Of a stretch of 64,000 bases of DNA, positions 10,567 to 20,901 are shown in pieces. Positions within the stretch are counted from its first letter, which is position 1; the number at the start of each line of letters is the position of its first letter. The notes beneath the pieces are model-generated. The model was given only the letters and a program-made list of their open reading frames with translations. It made no database searches and had not been told where the DNA came from. Position numbers and translations under genes: made by a program. Origin of the DNA: Planctomycetota bacterium (GTDB taxonomy: Bacteria; Planctomycetota; UBA1135). The stretch is from positions 150,501 to 214,500 of the forward strand of contig JASMMA010000004.1 of the NCBI GenBank assembly GCA_030748415.1, in the 5' to 3' direction.

Positions 10567-11166
10567 TTAGCCCTCCTCCGGGTCCGTTTTCGGGATGCGT
10601 GTTCGAGGTTGTGGTGTTGGAGGAACAGGCGGAGCCACCATGGACGATTTTTCATCGCCCATTGTAGGAGGGGCAAGGGATGGTTCGCGCATGGGTGGGG
10701 CTGGATGTTCAACTCCCATTTCTCTTTGTTCATTAATGATGAGACGGGCGCGATCTAGGATTCCGTTCACAAAAGAGCCACTCTGCGCTGTCGAATATCG
10801 CTTGGCTACATCAATTGCTTCGTTAATCACCACCTTAAAGGGAACATCTTGAATGAAGAGCAATTCATAAATTGCAATTCGCAAAATGTTACGGTCAATA
10901 TGAGCCATACGCTCCAGGCGCCAGTTAGAGGCAATGCGCTCAATCCAGGTATTCAACTCATGAAGGTGAAGCTGAACCCCATCGATGAGAGTTTTGGAGT
11001 AAGTTGCAACTTCTTCTCGCCCTTTCTTGTCTGGATTCCTTTGGGTGTGGTGCTTGATGAATGCATCCCAGTCTTCCATAGCTTGGCCACCACGGAGTTC
11101 CAGCATGAAAAGGAACTGAAGGGAAAGCTCACGGGCGCGGGTACGGCGGCGGACGGGTACAGACAT
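10567..11166 (-). CDS. nusB: transcription antitermination factor NusB (with Pro-rich C-terminal extension)
   Basis: It contains ARELSLQFLF...AIDVAKRYSTAQSGSFVNGILDR and lies in the conserved ribH-nusB arrangement. Confidence 0.9.
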   Translation of the reverse strand: MSVPVRRRTRARELSLQFLFMLELRGGQAMEDWDAFIKHHTQRNPDKKGREEVATYSKTLIDGVQLHLHELNTWIERIASNWRLERMAHIDRNILRIAIYELLFIQDVPFKVVINEAIDVAKRYSTAQSGSFVNGILDRARLIINEQREMGVEHPAPPMREPSLAPPTMGDEKSSMVAPPVPPTPQPRTRIPKTDPEEG

Positions 11167-11684
11167 TAAATTTGTTCGAGCAAGTTGCTCATTTGGAGGA
11201 GCACTTCGGCTGCTTCTGAACCTTTATTGGATTCAGAGGATGTTTTTTCTGTTCGCCCCTCACCCTCGGAAGGCGCTTGGCCCAGAACCGAGAGGCTCGC
11301 TCTTAGTTTTGCTTGCTTTAGGGTGTCGGTCGTGAGTACACCAAAAACAAGGGGCAATGAATGCCTAAGCATGCAGTCCATCACTCCTCGAGCGCACTCT
11401 CCCGCAACATAATCAAAGTGTGGAGTATCGCCACGGATTACCGCCCCGAGGGCAATGATTCCAGCGTAATCCCCTGAGGCAGCAAGGCGGTCGCAAGTGA
11501 GAGGGATTTCAAAAGCGCCGGGAACTCGAACGACTGTGACCGCATCATCAGATAGGCCATGTGTTCGAAAAGTGTGAAGACTGCCCTCGAGGAGAGCCCC
11601 AGTAATGTCAGGGTTGAAATCGGCGACCACCACCGCAAAGCGATGAGGGGACGCGGAACATTTGCCTTCAAGGAACTGGGTCAT
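11166..11684 (-). CDS. ribH: 6,7-dimethyl-8-ribityllumazine synthase
   Basis: It contains FAVVVADFN...VVRVPGAFEIPL...ALGAVIRGDTPHFDYV. Confidence 0.93.
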   Translation of the reverse strand: MTQFLEGKCSASPHRFAVVVADFNPDITGALLEGSLHTFRTHGLSDDAVTVVRVPGAFEIPLTCDRLAASGDYAGIIALGAVIRGDTPHFDYVAGECARGVMDCMLRHSLPLVFGVLTTDTLKQAKLRASLSVLGQAPSEGEGRTEKTSSESNKGSEAAEVLLQMSNLLEQI

Positions 11685-11737
11685 GACTGGCCGTGGGAAG
11701 AGGGGATTTTCTCTCCATTCAACCCGTTTGGCAAGTC

Positions 11738-14700
11738 CTAGCGCGAGAAAAGTCGGTCAAAGACCTCAGCGCGGAGAATAGCGCCAAAATCTTGCAGCAC
11801 GGTATAAAGCAGGGGGACCACCCAAAGGGTGAAGAAGGTTGTAAATGTGAGTCCGCCAGAGACTCCAACAGCAAGCCCTTGGAAGGAAATTCCCGAACCA
11901 TCAGGTTTGGAGAGGGCCAAAGGGAGAAGGCCAGCGATTGTGGTCATGGCGGTCATCAAGACTGGCCGTAAACGGTCTTGGACACCACGCACCACAGCTT
12001 CAGACCTAGGCAGGCCTGATTTCTCCAACCGGATAATTCGATCCACGAGCACAATCCCGTTGTTTACAACAACCCCGGCCAAAACAATCATTCCAATCAT
12101 GGCCACGAGGTCCATGGGGGTGCCTGTGAGTTTAAATGCCCAGTTTGCGCCAACTACGGCAAAGCCAATAGTGACGAGAACGGAAAAGGGAAGAGCCAGG
12201 GATTCGAAAAGGAGCCCCATCAATAAGAAAACCAATGCAACGGCAAGCGCGAAGGCTGACTTCAGTTCACCCATGTCTTGCTGGAAAGAGCTCCAGCCGC
12301 CGGCTTGTTCCCACGCAAACCCATCAGGCATTTCAATGCCTGCCATGAGTTTTTTGGTGTCATTCGCAGCCTTCCGCATGTCATCGCTGGAATGTTTAAG
12401 GCCAACAACGGCCATGGTTTTTCCATCTCGCCGAAAGATACTGGAGGGCGCGCGGCGGTCTTCGAACTCAGCGAAAACAGATAACGGGGTGGGAGCGCCC
12501 TTTTCCCAACCTGCAACAGTCATTTCTCGAAGGACTTCTCGGTCGGGGTTTTCAGGGCGGTCAAACTCCAAGATGACAGGGATTTCACCACGCTCCGTTT
12601 GGAATCGAGAGACCATGAGACCACGGAGTCCATATTCGATGCTTCCTAAAACTGCTCGGCTGGAGCTCCCCATTTTTTGAAGGCGGTCTCGGTTTAGTCG
12701 AACGAGTACTTCCCGAGAAGCTTGCTCATCTTCTTGGACAGCTTTCCAGTTGGAGCTTGCGCGAGCTGCTTCGCGAACTTGCTCCCCGAGGTCTGCGACA
12801 GTTGTTGAATCTGGGCCAGCAATAGCGATGCGGGTCCACTTGTCTTGCTGAGACATTCGGTCATATCGGTCCTCAATTTTAAGTTCGTAAGCAGGTCGCT
12901 TTGGAAGGGACTCCTTTAAGGTGGCTTGAATATGTTCCTTTTGCTCCGGAGATTGTTTGCCTTCGTGCCACAAGTTGATTTCGCCGCCCCTCTTGTTGAA
13001 ATCTATGCCAACCGTCGGAGAGCCAAGCTTTTCATTCAAAGGGCCGTTGAGGGTCTCTTCCAGCAAAATGACCGATTCTTCGGCTTCCTGCAGGCTGGTG
13101 TTTGCGGCAAACTCAAAGGAATAGGATATTTGTCCACCACCTAGGAGCATCCCTTCTTGGAATGAATTTCCAGAGCTTGCAAAAGAGCCAGATGCTAAAA
13201 AGAGCAGGGAGAGGCTTCCGGCCTTAAGGCGATTTTGCAGGGACCACCGTGCAAGTCGAGGCATCCAGGACCGGAACCCTGAGCTTGGAAAGGAGTGAGG
13301 GTTATCGCTTGGTGCCAATGCTCGCCCTTTGCGAGTTGGGCCGCGAGAAAGAAGGCGGCAGGCAGTGGGTACGACCAGTTCTGCAAGAATGAGGGCAGAA
13401 ACAAGAGCTACGCAAAGGGGGATACCCATGGCATGGGTAAATGTTTTGGCCATCCGGTCATCGGCCATAAAGATAAGAGGAAGAAAAACAACAACGGTGG
13501 TTAATGTCGCAGTCGTTACAGCGAGCGCCATTTCTGATGGGCCATTGATGCATGCGTCATCAACTGACTCACCCCGTTCTCTTCTTTGGATAATACTTTC
13601 AACAATGACAACAGCATTATCCACAAGCATCCCGATGGAAATGGTGATTCCCATCATGGACATCATGTTGAAGCTGTCGCCGGCAAAGTAAAGCCAAGCA
13701 AGGGTGGCAAGGACCGAAAAAGGAATCGAGCATGCCACAAGAAGGGTGTAGCCAATCCGGCGCATAAAAATAAACAAAACCACACACGCAATCAGCCCAC
13801 CGTAGAGAGAGTTTTTGACGAGGGCTTCGAGGGAGGACTGAATAGACTCGCCTTCTGACCAAAAGACTGAGTATTCCATCTTCCCCAGCAAGGGGTGGTT
13901 CGGCAACTCATTCTCCATTAAGTCAGTCAAGCGCTTGCAAACTTCAAAAGTGTTGGCAGACGTTTCTTTGGTGATAGACATTCCCATGGAGTAACGCCCA
14001 TCAATCCTAAATAGGTCATCAGGGAGGCTCCGGACCGCAACAACTTGAGCGACATCTTTGATTTTTAATCCCTTGCGAATCGGGAACTCTTCAATGTCTT
14101 GGAGGCTGGTAAACCTCCCATCAATACGAACAATATGTCTGGAATCTCCTTCCTCTAAATCACCAATAGGTGAAGAGATATTGTCGGCTTGGAGGCTACG
14201 GAACAAGGCTCCAATATCCACGCGGTTTGCAGCTGATAGTTCCTGGTCAATTAAAATTCGAACAGAGCGAGGTTCCAGACCTCGCACTCGAACCGAGGCC
14301 ACGCCATCTTCTGATTCCAGTCGGGGAATCAAGACATCTGCAACGATTCCTTGAACTTCATCGCGGTCTTCAGGGTCGAACATGACCCCGCACCAAAGAA
14401 CAGGCATGGAATCTCCGGACCATCGTCGTGCAGAAACGCGATCGGCTTCTTTGGGCAAACTTAGGCGAGCTCGCTCAATGTGGTCAGCGACTTCGGCATA
14501 GGCCTCGTTCATGTCGGCATCGCCAGAAAAAGATAAGTTAATAACCGCGCGGCCTTCTGAGGCCACGGAATTCATTTCTTTGAGTCCTACGATACTCCTG
14601 AACTCTTCTTCCATTGGGCGAATAACCTGCTGTTCAATTTCGCTTGGGTTGGCGCCGGTCCAAGGAATGGAAACAGAAACCGTGGACGAACCAAACCCTT

Positions 14701-14827
14701 TGGGAAGAAGTTCAATTGGAATTCTGGAAGCGGCAATCCAGCTAAGACCCAGAAGGGCAACAACAAACATGAGTACCGCAATAGGTCGGTAAACCAATCT
14801 TCTGAAAAAACTTTGAAGTTCAATCAT
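11738..14827 (-). CDS. RND efflux permease (AcrB/MdtC family)
   Basis: The protein is 1029 aa with a 12-TM RND architecture and conserved segments (GMLVDNAVVIVE, VLAGVVVNNGIVLVD). Confidence 0.9.
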   Translation of the reverse strand: MIELQSFFRRLVYRPIAVLMFVVALLGLSWIAASRIPIELLPKGFGSSTVSVSIPWTGANPSEIEQQVIRPMEEEFRSIVGLKEMNSVASEGRAVINLSFSGDADMNEAYAEVADHIERARLSLPKEADRVSARRWSGDSMPVLWCGVMFDPEDRDEVQGIVADVLIPRLESEDGVASVRVRGLEPRSVRILIDQELSAANRVDIGALFRSLQADNISSPIGDLEEGDSRHIVRIDGRFTSLQDIEEFPIRKGLKIKDVAQVVAVRSLPDDLFRIDGRYSMGMSITKETSANTFEVCKRLTDLMENELPNHPLLGKMEYSVFWSEGESIQSSLEALVKNSLYGGLIACVVLFIFMRRIGYTLLVACSIPFSVLATLAWLYFAGDSFNMMSMMGITISIGMLVDNAVVIVESIIQRRERGESVDDACINGPSEMALAVTTATLTTVVVFLPLIFMADDRMAKTFTHAMGIPLCVALVSALILAELVVPTACRLLSRGPTRKGRALAPSDNPHSFPSSGFRSWMPRLARWSLQNRLKAGSLSLLFLASGSFASSGNSFQEGMLLGGGQISYSFEFAANTSLQEAEESVILLEETLNGPLNEKLGSPTVGIDFNKRGGEINLWHEGKQSPEQKEHIQATLKESLPKRPAYELKIEDRYDRMSQQDKWTRIAIAGPDSTTVADLGEQVREAARASSNWKAVQEDEQASREVLVRLNRDRLQKMGSSSRAVLGSIEYGLRGLMVSRFQTERGEIPVILEFDRPENPDREVLREMTVAGWEKGAPTPLSVFAEFEDRRAPSSIFRRDGKTMAVVGLKHSSDDMRKAANDTKKLMAGIEMPDGFAWEQAGGWSSFQQDMGELKSAFALAVALVFLLMGLLFESLALPFSVLVTIGFAVVGANWAFKLTGTPMDLVAMIGMIVLAGVVVNNGIVLVDRIIRLEKSGLPRSEAVVRGVQDRLRPVLMTAMTTIAGLLPLALSKPDGSGISFQGLAVGVSGGLTFTTFFTLWVVPLLYTVLQDFGAILRAEVFDRLFSR

Positions 14828-17800
14828 TGCGCGCCGCGGGAGAGATTTTCTCGACGGTGCGATAAATCACCGGAATAACGAGTAGGGTCAATAGAGTCGA
14901 AGAGAGCAAACCAGCGATTACAACCAGAGCCATAGGAGCTCGTAGTTCCGTTCCTTCAGCGTTACCAACGCCTGCCAGCCACCCGGTTAGAGGAATCATT
15001 CCCAGAACGGTCGTGAAGGTGGTCATAAGAATGGGGCGTAACCGTGTTTGAGCAGCTTCCACAATAGAATCGTCAAGACTCATGCCCGTTCGTCGATTTC
15101 GGTTCATGCGATCGACTAAAACGATTGCATTGTTGACCACAATTCCAGCAAGAACAACAAAACCAAGAAGAGCTACAACAGACACTGGAGTACCACTCAA
15201 TAGAAGAGCCCATGCCGCTCCAATTCCTGCTAAAGGAACCGAAAACATAATCACAAATGGCTGAAGTAATGATTCAAATTGAGCAGCCATGACCGCATAA
15301 ACCAAAAAGATGGCAAGCAGAAGGGCGAAGTTGAGAGAACTCAGCGCCTGCTCCATTTCTTGTTTTTGGCCACCGATAAGAACAGATGATGCCAAAGGAA
15401 GGGAAAGGTCCGCAAGCGCGGAATCCATTTCGCCTGAGATTTCACCAAGGCTCAAACCATCAGTCGCGACGGAAGCAGAGAGAATCGCCGCTCGCCGGCT
15501 ACCAATGTGCCGAATTTCACTTGGACCAAAGGCGGTAGTGAGTTCCGCAACCGCGCCCAAAGGGAGAGGGCGCTCAGCTTCAGGATTAACAGGCAAATCA
15601 CGAAGTTGTTCCACCGTTTGCATTTCAGACAGGTCAGCACGGACTCGGATATCCAAGCGCTCATCAGATTCTGGGAATGTTGTGGCAACTTCCCCCTCAA
15701 CAGCAAGGCGTAGGCGAGTAGCAACTTGTCCAAGATTCAGATTGTGCTCCGCGAGCCGTTCACGATCTAAAACAACACGAACCTCAGGGTTCCCTTTTCG
15801 GAGGGAACTCCTCAAATCCAATACACCAGGAATACCCAGTAGGCGTTCGAGGACGGAATCGGTGATGACCGAGAGTTCGGAAAGGTCTTCTGCATAGACT
15901 TCGACCTCCAGAGGAGCTTTAAGCGCTAGAAGAGTCGGGCGGCGAATCTCAAATCGCCGAAGTTCAGGTTGTCGAGAAAGCAGATGGCGCAGCTTGCTTT
16001 CGACTTCAGATTCGAGCACCCGGCGATTGGGCACATCATCTAGGCGGATTGTGATTCGCCCAACATGAGGCCCATCTTCATCATTGCTAATGGATTCACG
16101 GTCAGCGCCCGAAACAGCGGCAGAATCTCGAATGCCTGGGATGGACGAAATCTTTTTTTCAAGTTTGGTCGTGAGGGAGTCTGTTTCTTCAAGCGGATAA
16201 CCCGATGGGAAAATAAGTTCGGCGGTGAGCTCGCCTTGCATTACCTCGGGCAGGAGTTCGCGGCCTAATTTTTGGCTAGCCTGAAGAGTTGCCAAAACCA
16301 GAAGCACAGTCAGGCCAAGGACGAGGCCAGGTCGCGTGAGGGTCCGGCGGAGAAGGGCTGGGTATTTTGAATCCAGCTTTTTTTGAGCAACTTCAACACA
16401 ACTCGCTGCTGGACGAAGAACCCAGCCGAGAGGAACAAACACAATGAACAGAAGAGCGCGGAAGAGAGAGGACAGTAGGCCCGATGTGTCAGCAAAAAAA
16501 CGGCCAAGTACTAAAAAGAGAGAGCGCCCCCCTGTCCACAAAAATGGAATGAGGGCAACTAAAGCCCAAAACCCAAGGGCCGCCGAAAGTTCTTTGGCTT
16601 CATCGGGAATTCCCCAACCACCCCACTTCAATTGTTCTGCATAAGGGGCCATGACAGAGTTTTTCCAAGCAGAAAGGCTAAGCCAAGCAACAACAGAAAG
16701 GCTTCCAATGAAAACGCGTAATTTCTTCTTATGCGGGTTCCCTTGAGGTAGGTTTTTGAAAAGTCCACTTCGAATTCTGGCAAATAGAACAGGTCGTTCA
16801 GAAGTAGGTCGGCGGCCTTCATCCATGTGGAAGCGAGCCGCGAGGCCGGGAATAAAGAACAGCGCAACTGTTAAAGAAAGGAGGAGGGAAGATACAACAG
16901 TTAATGCCTGATCACCGAACACTTGGCCAGCAACACCCTCAACAAAAATAATCGGTGCAAAAACGGCAATTGTGGTCAAGGTTGAAGCCGTAACAGCAGA
17001 GCCCACTTCGCGAACACCTCGAACAGCTGCATCTAGAGGGTCATCTCCCTCGTCTCGACATCGAGAGACAGACTCCAGAACAACAATTGCGTTGTCCACG
17101 AGCATTCCAATGCCAAGAGCAAGTCCACCAAGGGACATTACATTCATGCTAACTTCGGCAACATACATTGCGCCGAAGGTGGCGATGATGGACACGGGAA
17201 TGGCTAAGCCAATAATGGCAGTGATAGCCAGGCGGCGAAGGAATAAAAAGCAAACAAGGATGGCTAAGAGTCCACCCACAAATGCGGCGCCTTGTACTTC
17301 AGAAATTGCGCCGCGAACAAAAAGCGATTGGTCTGAAAGAACCGTGAGCTTCATCCCAGGTGGAAGTTTCTCCACGAGGGATTTTTTTTGCATCCTTCCC
17401 CTGCCGGAGCTTGAGTGCTGGCCTCCTCTGCGGCTGCTTGAAGAGGATTCGGCTGGTTTTTCAAATAGTCGGGCGTGAACAGATGCGGCCACATCCACAA
17501 TGTTGGAGCCTGCTTCTCGAAAGATGTCAATTTCAACAGCTTCTTTGCCACCAACTCGGAGAACAACATCGCGATCCTTGTGAGTTCTAGAGACTCGGGC
17601 AATGTCGGACAGAAGAATGGATGCACTTCCCTTTTGGACAATAGGGAGGGAACTGATTTCATCAAGGGTGCGGAATTCGTTTAGCGTGCGTACTACATAT
17701 TCCACGGCCCCTTCTTCCAGTTTTCCGCCTGGAACATTCAGGTTTTCATCTTGAAGTCTTTGACGAATAGCCTCAGGGGTCAGATTAAGAGCGGCAAGTC

Positions 17801-18377
17801 TTTGAGTGTCCAATAAAACTTGAATCTCATCCTCTAGGCCTCCACGAACTTTGACAGCGGCAACTCCGTCAAGCGCTTCAAGGGTTCGCTCAATTTCTTG
17901 TTCCGCAACATCGCGCAACCGAACTAAATCCTCGTCACCCGAGAGGGCAAGCCGCAATACGGGGTCCAAGCTTGGGTCGTAACGAAGAATGAGAGGCCGT
18001 TCCACCCCCGAAGGCAAGAACACTCGATCTAATCGCTCGCGCACATCTTGGACAAGGAAGGAAAGATTCGAACCCCATTCAAACTCCAACAGAATCTCGG
18101 AGAGCTCCGCGCGGGAGCTTGACCGCATTCGCTCCAAACCGCCCACCGTGGCCAAGGCATCTTCAAGGCGTTCGGTAACCCGTTCTTCAAGATCTTCGGG
18201 TGCAGCGCCTGACCAAGTCGTGCGTACCGTGATTGATGGATAATCAACTTGAGGAAGTAAATCGAAGGGAAGTTTCCCCAAGGAAACAAATCCAAAAACG
18301 ACAAGCGCCGAAAAAACCATGAGAACGCCCACCGGTCGGTGGACGCCCAGTGCCAACAAACCGCCTTTAGAGGTCAT
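14820..18377 (-). CDS. RND efflux permease (AcrB/MdtB family), unusually long
   Basis: The protein is 1185 aa with RND motifs (GIGMLVDNAIVVLE, VLAGIVVNNAIVLVD). It carries extra Ser/Gly/Arg-rich and hydrophobic insertions mid-protein. Confidence 0.9.
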   Translation of the reverse strand: MTSKGGLLALGVHRPVGVLMVFSALVVFGFVSLGKLPFDLLPQVDYPSITVRTTWSGAAPEDLEERVTERLEDALATVGGLERMRSSSRAELSEILLEFEWGSNLSFLVQDVRERLDRVFLPSGVERPLILRYDPSLDPVLRLALSGDEDLVRLRDVAEQEIERTLEALDGVAAVKVRGGLEDEIQVLLDTQRLAALNLTPEAIRQRLQDENLNVPGGKLEEGAVEYVVRTLNEFRTLDEISSLPIVQKGSASILLSDIARVSRTHKDRDVVLRVGGKEAVEIDIFREAGSNIVDVAASVHARLFEKPAESSSSSRRGGQHSSSGRGRMQKKSLVEKLPPGMKLTVLSDQSLFVRGAISEVQGAAFVGGLLAILVCFLFLRRLAITAIIGLAIPVSIIATFGAMYVAEVSMNVMSLGGLALGIGMLVDNAIVVLESVSRCRDEGDDPLDAAVRGVREVGSAVTASTLTTIAVFAPIIFVEGVAGQVFGDQALTVVSSLLLSLTVALFFIPGLAARFHMDEGRRPTSERPVLFARIRSGLFKNLPQGNPHKKKLRVFIGSLSVVAWLSLSAWKNSVMAPYAEQLKWGGWGIPDEAKELSAALGFWALVALIPFLWTGGRSLFLVLGRFFADTSGLLSSLFRALLFIVFVPLGWVLRPAASCVEVAQKKLDSKYPALLRRTLTRPGLVLGLTVLLVLATLQASQKLGRELLPEVMQGELTAELIFPSGYPLEETDSLTTKLEKKISSIPGIRDSAAVSGADRESISNDEDGPHVGRITIRLDDVPNRRVLESEVESKLRHLLSRQPELRRFEIRRPTLLALKAPLEVEVYAEDLSELSVITDSVLERLLGIPGVLDLRSSLRKGNPEVRVVLDRERLAEHNLNLGQVATRLRLAVEGEVATTFPESDERLDIRVRADLSEMQTVEQLRDLPVNPEAERPLPLGAVAELTTAFGPSEIRHIGSRRAAILSASVATDGLSLGEISGEMDSALADLSLPLASSVLIGGQKQEMEQALSSLNFALLLAIFLVYAVMAAQFESLLQPFVIMFSVPLAGIGAAWALLLSGTPVSVVALLGFVVLAGIVVNNAIVLVDRMNRNRRTGMSLDDSIVEAAQTRLRPILMTTFTTVLGMIPLTGWLAGVGNAEGTELRAPMALVVIAGLLSSTLLTLLVIPVIYRTVEKISPAARND

Positions 18378-19579
18378 TCCGTTGCAATCTCCACCGAGTC
18401 TCCGTCAGCCAAACGGTCAGCACCCACCATGACAACTTCGTCGCCCGCTTTTAGGCTGCCATCGACAGACAGGGCCTCAATAAAATTAGGCTCTTCGAAG
18501 CCAGGAGTAATTGAAACTCGAACTGCTTTGTCCTCTTGAACAACAAAGCAAAACATTTCTTTTCCCTTAAATTGGATTGCTTTTTTAGGCACCATGAGTG
18601 CTTGAGGGTGCTCGTCAAGAACGAGCCTTAATTTGACAAGAACGCCAATCGGAATGGGGCCCGCGTCTGTGTTCAGAGAAGCGGTTACTTTGAAGGTTCC
18701 ACTTTCCATGTCCACGACCGGAGACACCCGATCGATTTTCCCGTGCAATGATCGACCTGGCAGGGCTTCTGATTCTGCTTGGAAAAGTTGGTTTTTGTGG
18801 AGAAGAGACAACTCTCTTTGGGGCCTGTAAAAAATTGCCTTTGGTTGTGAGTCATCAACAATTTGAAAGGCGCGAGCTGAAGGGTTCGCCATATCACCCA
18901 AGGAAATTTCACGAGTGGCAATGGTGCCTGCAATCGGTGCACGGATTACGGTTTGTTCCATTTCAAATTTTGCACGGTCTTGCGCAACTTTTGCCGCGGC
19001 ATGTGCAGTGCTTGCGGTGACCATGGCCTGTCGACTGGTCTCGAGTTCCCGATCTGAAATGAGTTGGGTACCGGTTTCACCAGTAGATTCTTTCAGGGAA
19101 GTATTCCGGGCGTGATCTCGCTCCGCTCGCGCATTTTCGTTTTCAGCTTCACTTAGGCGGACCTGTGCCTCAGCTAGAGCAAGTTGTTCAACCTTGTCAC
19201 GCAGTCTGGCAAGGACCTGGCCAGAATGAACGCGATCCCCTTCCTCGACCAGCAGCTCCACGATGGGTTGAGTTCTTTCAGGAAAGACATCAACTTCATC
19301 TAGGGAGACAACATCGGCAACTGCAACCAAGCTTTTTTGAGCTAGGCGGCGTTGTAGGGTGGTAGTTCGAACCAGCGCAACATCTTTGGCCTGATTGGCG
19401 GCCTCAGCCCCGCTCCAAGCACGGTCAGAGTGGGTCTTTGGGGATTCCTCATTCGAAGAAACGCCTTTAGTTTCGCTGTTTGAGGGATTGTTGTCCTCCT
19501 TGGGTGAGGGATCAGGCGAGCCACAAGAACCCAAGAAGAGGAGAGCGATGAGGCATGTAGTGGGGGAGATTCGTTTCAT
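18374..19579 (-). CDS. RND periplasmic adaptor (HlyD/MFP family) lipoprotein
   Basis: It has a lipobox (LLFLGSC|G), a coiled-coil hairpin and a beta-barrel region (IRAPIAGTIA). Its stop overlaps the RND gene start. Confidence 0.85.
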   Translation of the reverse strand: MKRISPTTCLIALLFLGSCGSPDPSPKEDNNPSNSETKGVSSNEESPKTHSDRAWSGAEAANQAKDVALVRTTTLQRRLAQKSLVAVADVVSLDEVDVFPERTQPIVELLVEEGDRVHSGQVLARLRDKVEQLALAEAQVRLSEAENENARAERDHARNTSLKESTGETGTQLISDRELETSRQAMVTASTAHAAAKVAQDRAKFEMEQTVIRAPIAGTIATREISLGDMANPSARAFQIVDDSQPKAIFYRPQRELSLLHKNQLFQAESEALPGRSLHGKIDRVSPVVDMESGTFKVTASLNTDAGPIPIGVLVKLRLVLDEHPQALMVPKKAIQFKGKEMFCFVVQEDKAVRVSITPGFEEPNFIEALSVDGSLKAGDEVVMVGADRLADGDSVEIATE

Positions 19580-19653
19580 CGTGACAGGATTGTGACAGTA
19601 CTACGCATAACTGGGGCTTCCATTAAACCATTCTCTAGGGGAAGATAGGCAAC

Positions 19654-20901
19654 ATGGGAGGAGAAATCTGTGACCAAGAGCATCGTGGGCATGAATTGAT
19701 TGCCTATCCCCAAGCGGTTGAAGCTGTGTTGGGAAGGGCAAGACCAGTGGAGCGACCATTCGAGTTGATTCCCTTAGACCGTGCCCAAGGCCGTGTTTTG
19801 GCCCATCCTGTGGCTATGGACCGTTCCGAGCCACCCGTTCCCCGCTCCGCCATGGATGGATTCGCGGCTCGGTCTGAAGATGGTGATGCAATCCGAACTC
19901 TAGTAGGGAGAGTTTTTGCAGGAACCTCAGAAATCCCCACCCTAGGTCCCGGTGAAGCGGTGGCCGTCATGACAGGAGGGACCGTCCCCCCGGGATCCGA
20001 TGTCGTAATCCCCATTGAGCATTGCCAAGTAGATGGGAACACCGTTCGCTTCGAGAACACTCCCGTTGCTGGTCGCCATGTTCGGTTGGCCGGAGAGATG
20101 GGGGTATCCGGCCGGGTTCTTATTGAGCCAGGCGTTCGCTTGGCGGATAGCGATTTGGCCGCCGCTGCTGGCTGCGGCCTTTCCTCGCTAAATGTATTTC
20201 CCCGGCCTCGTGCAATTGTGATTTCAACGGGTGATGAAGTCATTCAGTGGGAGTTAAATCCCGCCGCGCACCAAGTTCGAGACTCAAATCGTCTTGGGTC
20301 TGCTCTCCAACTCCAGAGGGCCGGCGCTGAAGTTGTTCGGCACCTTCATGTTCCTGATGACCCTGTCGCCCTCCGTGGGGCCGTGGAGTCTGCACTGGAT
20401 GATGCCGACCTCGTCGTAACGATTGGCGGAGTAAGCATGGGCGAAAAAGACTTCATGCCCATTGTTTTTGAAGAACTTTCCGTTAAGGAATTGTTCCATG
20501 GCGTTTCTATCCAACCCGGAAAGCCGGTTTGGGCTGGCCATCGGGAAAACAAATGGGTTCTCGGCCTTCCCGGAAACCCCATTTCCTCTTTTGTCATTCT
20601 TGAAGTACTAGGGTTGCCTTTAGTGCGAAAACTATCTGGATGCCGTGGCGTCGATTCTGCTCGAATTCCTGAAAAGGGGTCAGCAGGTGGCGAAGCGCGC
20701 TCTAAGAAAAGGGAACGGTTTTTGCCTGCCGACTTAAAAGTGAACGCTAACGGGACAACAATTGTGACACCCAGACCCGAACACGGCTCGGGTGATTGGA
20801 CATCTCTTGCTGGCGCAACGGCTCTCCTGCACTTGCCACCAAGAACTCAAATGCAAACTGGGCAGACGGCATTTTTCTTACGCTTAGATTCAGCTCATTG
20901 A
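19654..20901 (+). CDS. moeA: molybdopterin molybdenumtransferase MoeA
   Basis: The domain order and motifs are MoeA-like: SAMDGFA, GEAVAVMTGG, VISTGDEV, GGVSMGEKDF, PGKP, LPGNP. Confidence 0.85.
   Translation: MGGEICDQEHRGHELIAYPQAVEAVLGRARPVERPFELIPLDRAQGRVLAHPVAMDRSEPPVPRSAMDGFAARSEDGDAIRTLVGRVFAGTSEIPTLGPGEAVAVMTGGTVPPGSDVVIPIEHCQVDGNTVRFENTPVAGRHVRLAGEMGVSGRVLIEPGVRLADSDLAAAAGCGLSSLNVFPRPRAIVISTGDEVIQWELNPAAHQVRDSNRLGSALQLQRAGAEVVRHLHVPDDPVALRGAVESALDDADLVVTIGGVSMGEKDFMPIVFEELSVKELFHGVSIQPGKPVWAGHRENKWVLGLPGNPISSFVILEVLGLPLVRKLSGCRGVDSARIPEKGSAGGEARSKKRERFLPADLKVNANGTTIVTPRPEHGSGDWTSLAGATALLHLPPRTQMQTGQTAFFLRLDSAH

Noticed and set aside
11685-11737. I looked for an FMN riboswitch ahead of ribH, a Moco riboswitch ahead of moeA (19580-19653), and a T-box or leader ahead of metG.
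   Set aside because: The spacers are only about 50-110 nt and show none of the conserved cores. ribH appears to be co-transcribed with the upstream RND genes.
11829-12680. A 283-aa plus-strand ORF, along with many similar 60-195-aa ORFs, lies inside the two RND genes.
   Set aside because: These ORFs are antisense shadows of strongly supported RND coding sequence. They have low-complexity Ser/Arg/Pro/Thr-rich composition and no motifs.
19704-20243. A 179-aa minus-strand ORF lies opposite moeA. The 233-aa ORF 21008..21709 opposite lnt and the 235-aa ORF 36117..36824 opposite trkA are of the same kind.
   Set aside because: All three lie entirely within well-supported genes on the other strand and have an Arg/Pro/Ser-rich composition typical of antisense frames in GC-rich coding DNA.
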